Assembly (NCBI GenBank): GCA_950097015.1 | Contig: CATNEN010000038.1 | Span: 24,366,001 to 24,430,000, forward strand | DNA from: Macrostomum hystrix | Lineage: Eukaryota; Animalia; Platyhelminthes | Length of the DNA stretch: 64,000 nt | Direction of reading: 5' to 3' | Shown here: positions 60,901 to 64,000 of the stretch, one piece after another | Position numbering within the stretch: position 1 is the first letter of the stretch | Layout of the letters: every line of letters starts with the position of its first letter | Notes under the pieces: model-generated | The model's database searches: none | Told to the model about the DNA's origin: nothing | Seen by the model: the letters and a program-made list of their open reading frames with translations, nothing else | Made by a program: the position numbers and the translations under genes

Positions 60901-63716
60901 GGATAATCCGATCACTGGAGATAATCAAATCAATGGAGATAATCCCATCAACGGATAATCCGATCATTGGAGATAATCTCATCATTTGGATAATCCAAAC
61001 AAAATTGCAATACTTTGGGAAAAATCTAGTCACGATAATCAGAATCTTTTTGGAAAATATCGGATCAAAGCTAATCCCGATCGCATTCTGATCTCTCAGA
61101 ATTTCAGGTCAGTATCCCTGCAAGACATTGGCCAGCTTCTGAATACTCTATCCGGCAAAATCTACAAAGCCGACTATAAATCTGGTGACGAAGCGTTAGA
61201 GCGACCGGCTCGCGACTTGTTCATCTGGTGCCTGCTCACGCAGCGAAATCAGTTGGCTGAATTTTTCTGGACCCTCGAGAAGGAGTGCGTGCCAGCCGCC
61301 CTGATGGCTGCGCTGCTGCTCAGAACCATTCGCCAATTCAGCGACGACCTCAGCGAGCGACAGGAGCTGGAGGAGCTGGCCAAGTGAGTTGACAATTTTT
61401 GACAGGGTTTTAGAAAACAAGGAGATCATTCTATTAAAGCCTACTTATAGTAAGGTGATGCGAATATTCTTTTAAATTAAAAAAAGTGCAAAAAAATTAT
61501 AAAAAATAACAAAACTAGCAATCCAGCTATAGAATCTAGAAAATCCAGCGTGGAAATCTAGCAAATCCTAGTTTAAATCCAGCAAATCGTACTTTAGGAT
61601 CCAAGTCCTACTTTAGAATCTAGCAAATCCTACTTTAGAATCCAGCAAATCCAACTTTAGAATCCAGCAAATCCAACTTTAGAATCCAGCAAATCCAACT
61701 TTGGAATCCAGCAAATCCTACTTTAGAATCTAGCAAATCCTACTTTAGAATCCAGCAAATCCAACTTTAGAATCTAGCAAATCCAACTTTAGAATCTAGC
61801 AAATCCAACTTTAGAATCCAGCAAATCCTACTTTAGAATCCAGCAAATCCAACTTTAGAATCCAGCAAATCCAACTTTAGAATCTAGCAAATCCTACTTT
61901 AGAATCTAGCAAATCCTACTTTAGAATCCAGCAAATCCAACTTTTTAGAATCCAGAAAATCCTATTTTAGAATCTAGCAAATCCAACTTTAGAATCTAGC
62001 AAATCCAACTTTAGAATCTAGCAAATCCTACTTTAGAATCCAGCAAATCCTAGATTCTGGTGTCTAAACCAGCAAATCCAATTTTTAGAATCCAGCAAAT
62101 CCAACTTTTTAGAATCCAGAAAATCCTATTTTAGAATCCAGCAAATCCAACTTTTTAGAATCCAGAAAATCCTATTTTAGAATCTAGCAAATCCAACTTT
62201 TTAGAATCCAGCAAATCCAACTTTTTAGAATCCAGAAAATCCTATTTTAGAATCCAGCAAATCCAACTTTTTAGAGTCCAGAAAATCCTATTTTAGAATC
62301 CAGCAAATCCAACTTTAGAATCCAGCAAATCCAACTTTAGAATCCAGCAAATCCAACTTTAGAATCCAGCAAATCCAACTTTAGAATCCAGCAAATCCTA
62401 CTTTAGAATCCAGCAAATCCAACTTTAGAATCTAGCAAATCCAACTTTAGAATCTAGCAAATCCAACTTTAGAATCCAGCAAATCCTACTTTAGAATCCA
62501 GCAAATCCAACTTTAGAATCCAGCAAATCCAACTTTAGAATCCAGCAAATCCAACTTTAGAATCTAGCAAATCCAACTTTAGAATCTAGCAAATCCAACT
62601 TTAGAATCCAGCAAATCCTACTTTAGAATCCAGCAAATCCAACTTTAGAATCCAGCAAATCCAACTTTAGAATCTAGCAAATCCTACTTTAGAATCTAGC
62701 AAATCCTACTTTAGAATCCAGCAAATCCAACTTTTTAGAATCCAGAAAATCCTATTTTAGAATCTAGCAAATCCAACTTTAGAATCTAGCAAATCCAACT
62801 TTAGAATCTAGCAAATCCTACTTTAGAATCCAGCAAATCCTAGATTCTGGTGTCTAAACCAGCAAATCCAATTTTTAGAATCCAGCAAATCCAACTTTTT
62901 AGAATCCAGAAAATCCTATTTTAGAATCCAGCAAATCCAACTTTTTAGAATCCAGAAAATCCTATTTTAGAATCTAGCAAATCCAACTTTTTAGAATCCA
63001 GCAAATCCAACTTTTTAGAATCCAGAAAATCCTATTTTAGAATCCAGCAAATCCAACTTTTTAGAGTCCAGAAAATCCTATTTTAGAATCCAGCAAATCC
63101 AACTTTAGAATCCAGCAAATCCAACTTTAGAATCCAGCAAATCCAACTTTAGAATCCAGCAAATCCAACTTTAGAATCCAGCAAATCCTACTTTAGAATC
63201 CAGCAAATCCAACTTTAGAATCTAGCAAATCCAACTTTAGAATCTAGCAAATCCAACTTTAGAATCCAGCAAATCCTACTTTAGAATCCAGCAAATCCAA
63301 CTTTAGAATCCAGCAAATCCAACTTTAGAATCTAGCAAATCCTACTTTAGAATCTAGCAAATCCTACTTTAGAATCCAGCAAATCCAACTTTTTAGAATC
63401 CAGAAAATCCTATTTTAGAATCTAGCAAATCCAACTTTAGAATCCAACTTTAGAACGCGATAAATTCGTCATATTAAAAATTGTCAGCAACTTCGAAGCC
63501 AAGGCGGAGGGTGTGCTCACTGAATGCGCCGACGATGACCAGTCGAAGGCTCAGGCGAATCTTGTTCGCGAGCTGCAGCACTACGGCGACAGCACCAGCC
63601 TGTTGCTGGCAGCCGAGGGCGAGTCCATCAGCTTCATCTCGCACAGATGCTGCCACCAGCTGCTGGACAATGCCTGGACGGGCAGTCTAAGTCAGAAGAA
63701 GAATAGCTCATTGATG
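54608..63716 (+). CDS. TRPM/TRPS-like cation channel, N-terminal part: ankyrin repeats + SLOG (MHR1/2) + MHR3/4; transmembrane part lies beyond the right edge
   Basis: Predicted exons 54608-54919, 55816-56022, 56268-56519, 56752-56923, 56997-57160, 57542-57797, 58098-58801, 60175-60228, 61100-61383, 63488-63716, all phase-consistent. Ankyrin motifs LMHAAV, LPLHVAC, GRSPLHLAAEFG; TRPM motifs FGEVEF, WSLGRPSLVLSVHG, GAWIVT, AIGLCSWG, LDPNHSHLLLLD, GTGGLADLL, ALRDNRVAFVCLF, DLFIWCLL, FISHRCCHQLLDNAWTG. Confidence 0.88.
54978..55756. repeat. Minisatellite, 20-bp (GGGTGAATGAAGTGTGATTG)
   Basis: Tandem array in TRP intron 1. Confidence 0.96.
55816..56022 (+). CDS. TRP channel exon 2 (ankyrin repeats)
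   Basis: RQELPLHVAC...GRSPLHLAAEFGQVDCLAELL. Confidence 0.85.
56023..56226. repeat. Minisatellite, 11-bp (GAGATGGGGCT)
   Basis: Tandem array starting at the splice donor. Confidence 0.95.
56268..56519 (+). CDS. TRP channel exon 3 (ankyrin end, MHR1 start)
   Basis: SGRSAVDCA...NCFGEVEFPGLGNTAQ. Confidence 0.82.
56752..56923 (+). CDS. TRP channel exon 4 (SLOG)
   Basis: FCRLTG...WSLGRPSLVLSVHG...GLWKTAAGS (frame absent from the ORF track). Confidence 0.82.
56997..57160 (+). CDS. TRP channel exon 5 (SLOG)
   Basis: AWIVT...GQAVRD...AIGLCSWG. Confidence 0.82.
57197..57468. repeat. Minisatellite, 26-bp (CTGATTGGCTGGGAGCGGCATGTATT)
   Basis: Tandem array in TRP intron 5. Confidence 0.93.
57542..57797 (+). 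CDS. TRP channel exon 6 (SLOG)
   Basis: LDPNHSHLLLLD...FRSRFE. Confidence 0.85.
58098..58801 (+). CDS. TRP channel exon 7 (SLOG end, MHR3)
   Basis: VPLCCLLVGG...GTGGLADLL...LDRCDIARQKVF...LEALY. Confidence 0.88.
59080..59576. mobile_element. hAT-like MITE in TRP intron 7
   Basis: TIR CAGTGTTGGGCGCGCGTTAC / GTAACGCGTCCAAAACTG, many internal GTAAC/GTTAC motifs, degenerate 8-bp flanks (catttaga / catgtaac). Confidence 0.65.
60175..60228 (+). CDS. TRP channel exon 8 (54 nt)
   Basis: NQSTRLFRACLDATTSKK, strong acceptor and donor, phase 0-0. Confidence 0.6.
60345..60997. repeat. Minisatellite, about 34-bp (GGATAATCCGATCATTGGAGATAATCCCATCAAC)
   Basis: Tandem array. Confidence 0.92.
61100..61383 (+). 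CDS. TRP channel exon 9 (MHR4)
   Basis: SLQDIG...PARDLFIWCLLTQRNQLAEFFW...AALMA. Confidence 0.85.
61515..63455. repeat. Minisatellite, 22-bp (TTTAGAATCCAGCAAATCCAAC)
   Basis: Tandem array with a 790-bp higher-order duplication. Confidence 0.96.
63488..63716 (+). CDS. TRP channel exon 10 (MHR4/pre-S1)
   Basis: FEAKAEGVLTEC...TSLLLA...FISHRCCHQLLDNAWTG. Confidence 0.85.
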
Positions 63717-63938
63717 GTCAGTGCCGCCACCGTAATATAGGGGCTTGTCGCGTGCAGTTGAGCCAACTAGATCGACGCACTGCGAGATTGCCTGACTATG
63801 AGATAATCTGTTCGAGTTTGTGAGTCTGTGTGCTCAGGAGTCAGTGGAATGTGAAGCGAGTAGACATAAACTATTTACTATACTCATTGGTTTAAACCCT
63901 GATATATATTGATTATAATTCAATATGATAGCACAAAA

Positions 63939-64000
63939 ATTCCATTCTATTCCATTCTATTCTATTCCATTCAATTCCATTCCATTTCATTTTATTCCAT
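63939..64000. repeat. (TTCCA/TTCTA)n microsatellite, truncated by the window edge
   Basis: Pentamer repeats. Confidence 0.85.

Overview
Eukaryotic (animal) genomic DNA, inferred to be from a flatworm-like lophotrochozoan (GC-rich polyQ-rich exons and minisatellite-packed introns, resembling Macrostomum; not verified). It holds three spliced genes, rebuilt by hand from GT-AG junctions with consistent phases. (1) A still life/Tiam-family Rac GEF on the minus strand (ATG 14020, MGNKL start, EVH1, PH-CC-Ex; runs off the left edge). (2) A CLASP/Orbit gene on the plus strand (26265-46290) with no recognisable TOG1. (3) A TRPM/TRPS-like channel with N-terminal ankyrin repeats ahead of the SLOG/MHR region (ATG 54608; runs off the right edge). 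Every predicted CLASP coding intron and most TRP introns carry their own unrelated minisatellite (11-45 bp units). Other elements: a structured tRNA-derived SINE family, a MULE-like MITE with a perfect 9-bp TSD, a hAT-like MITE, foldback elements, and a CCA-ending tRNA-Glu copy joined to a 131-bp TG...CA mini-LTR-like element. Most long ORFs in the ORF track are translations of satellites. No database searches were run; family names come from recognised motifs.
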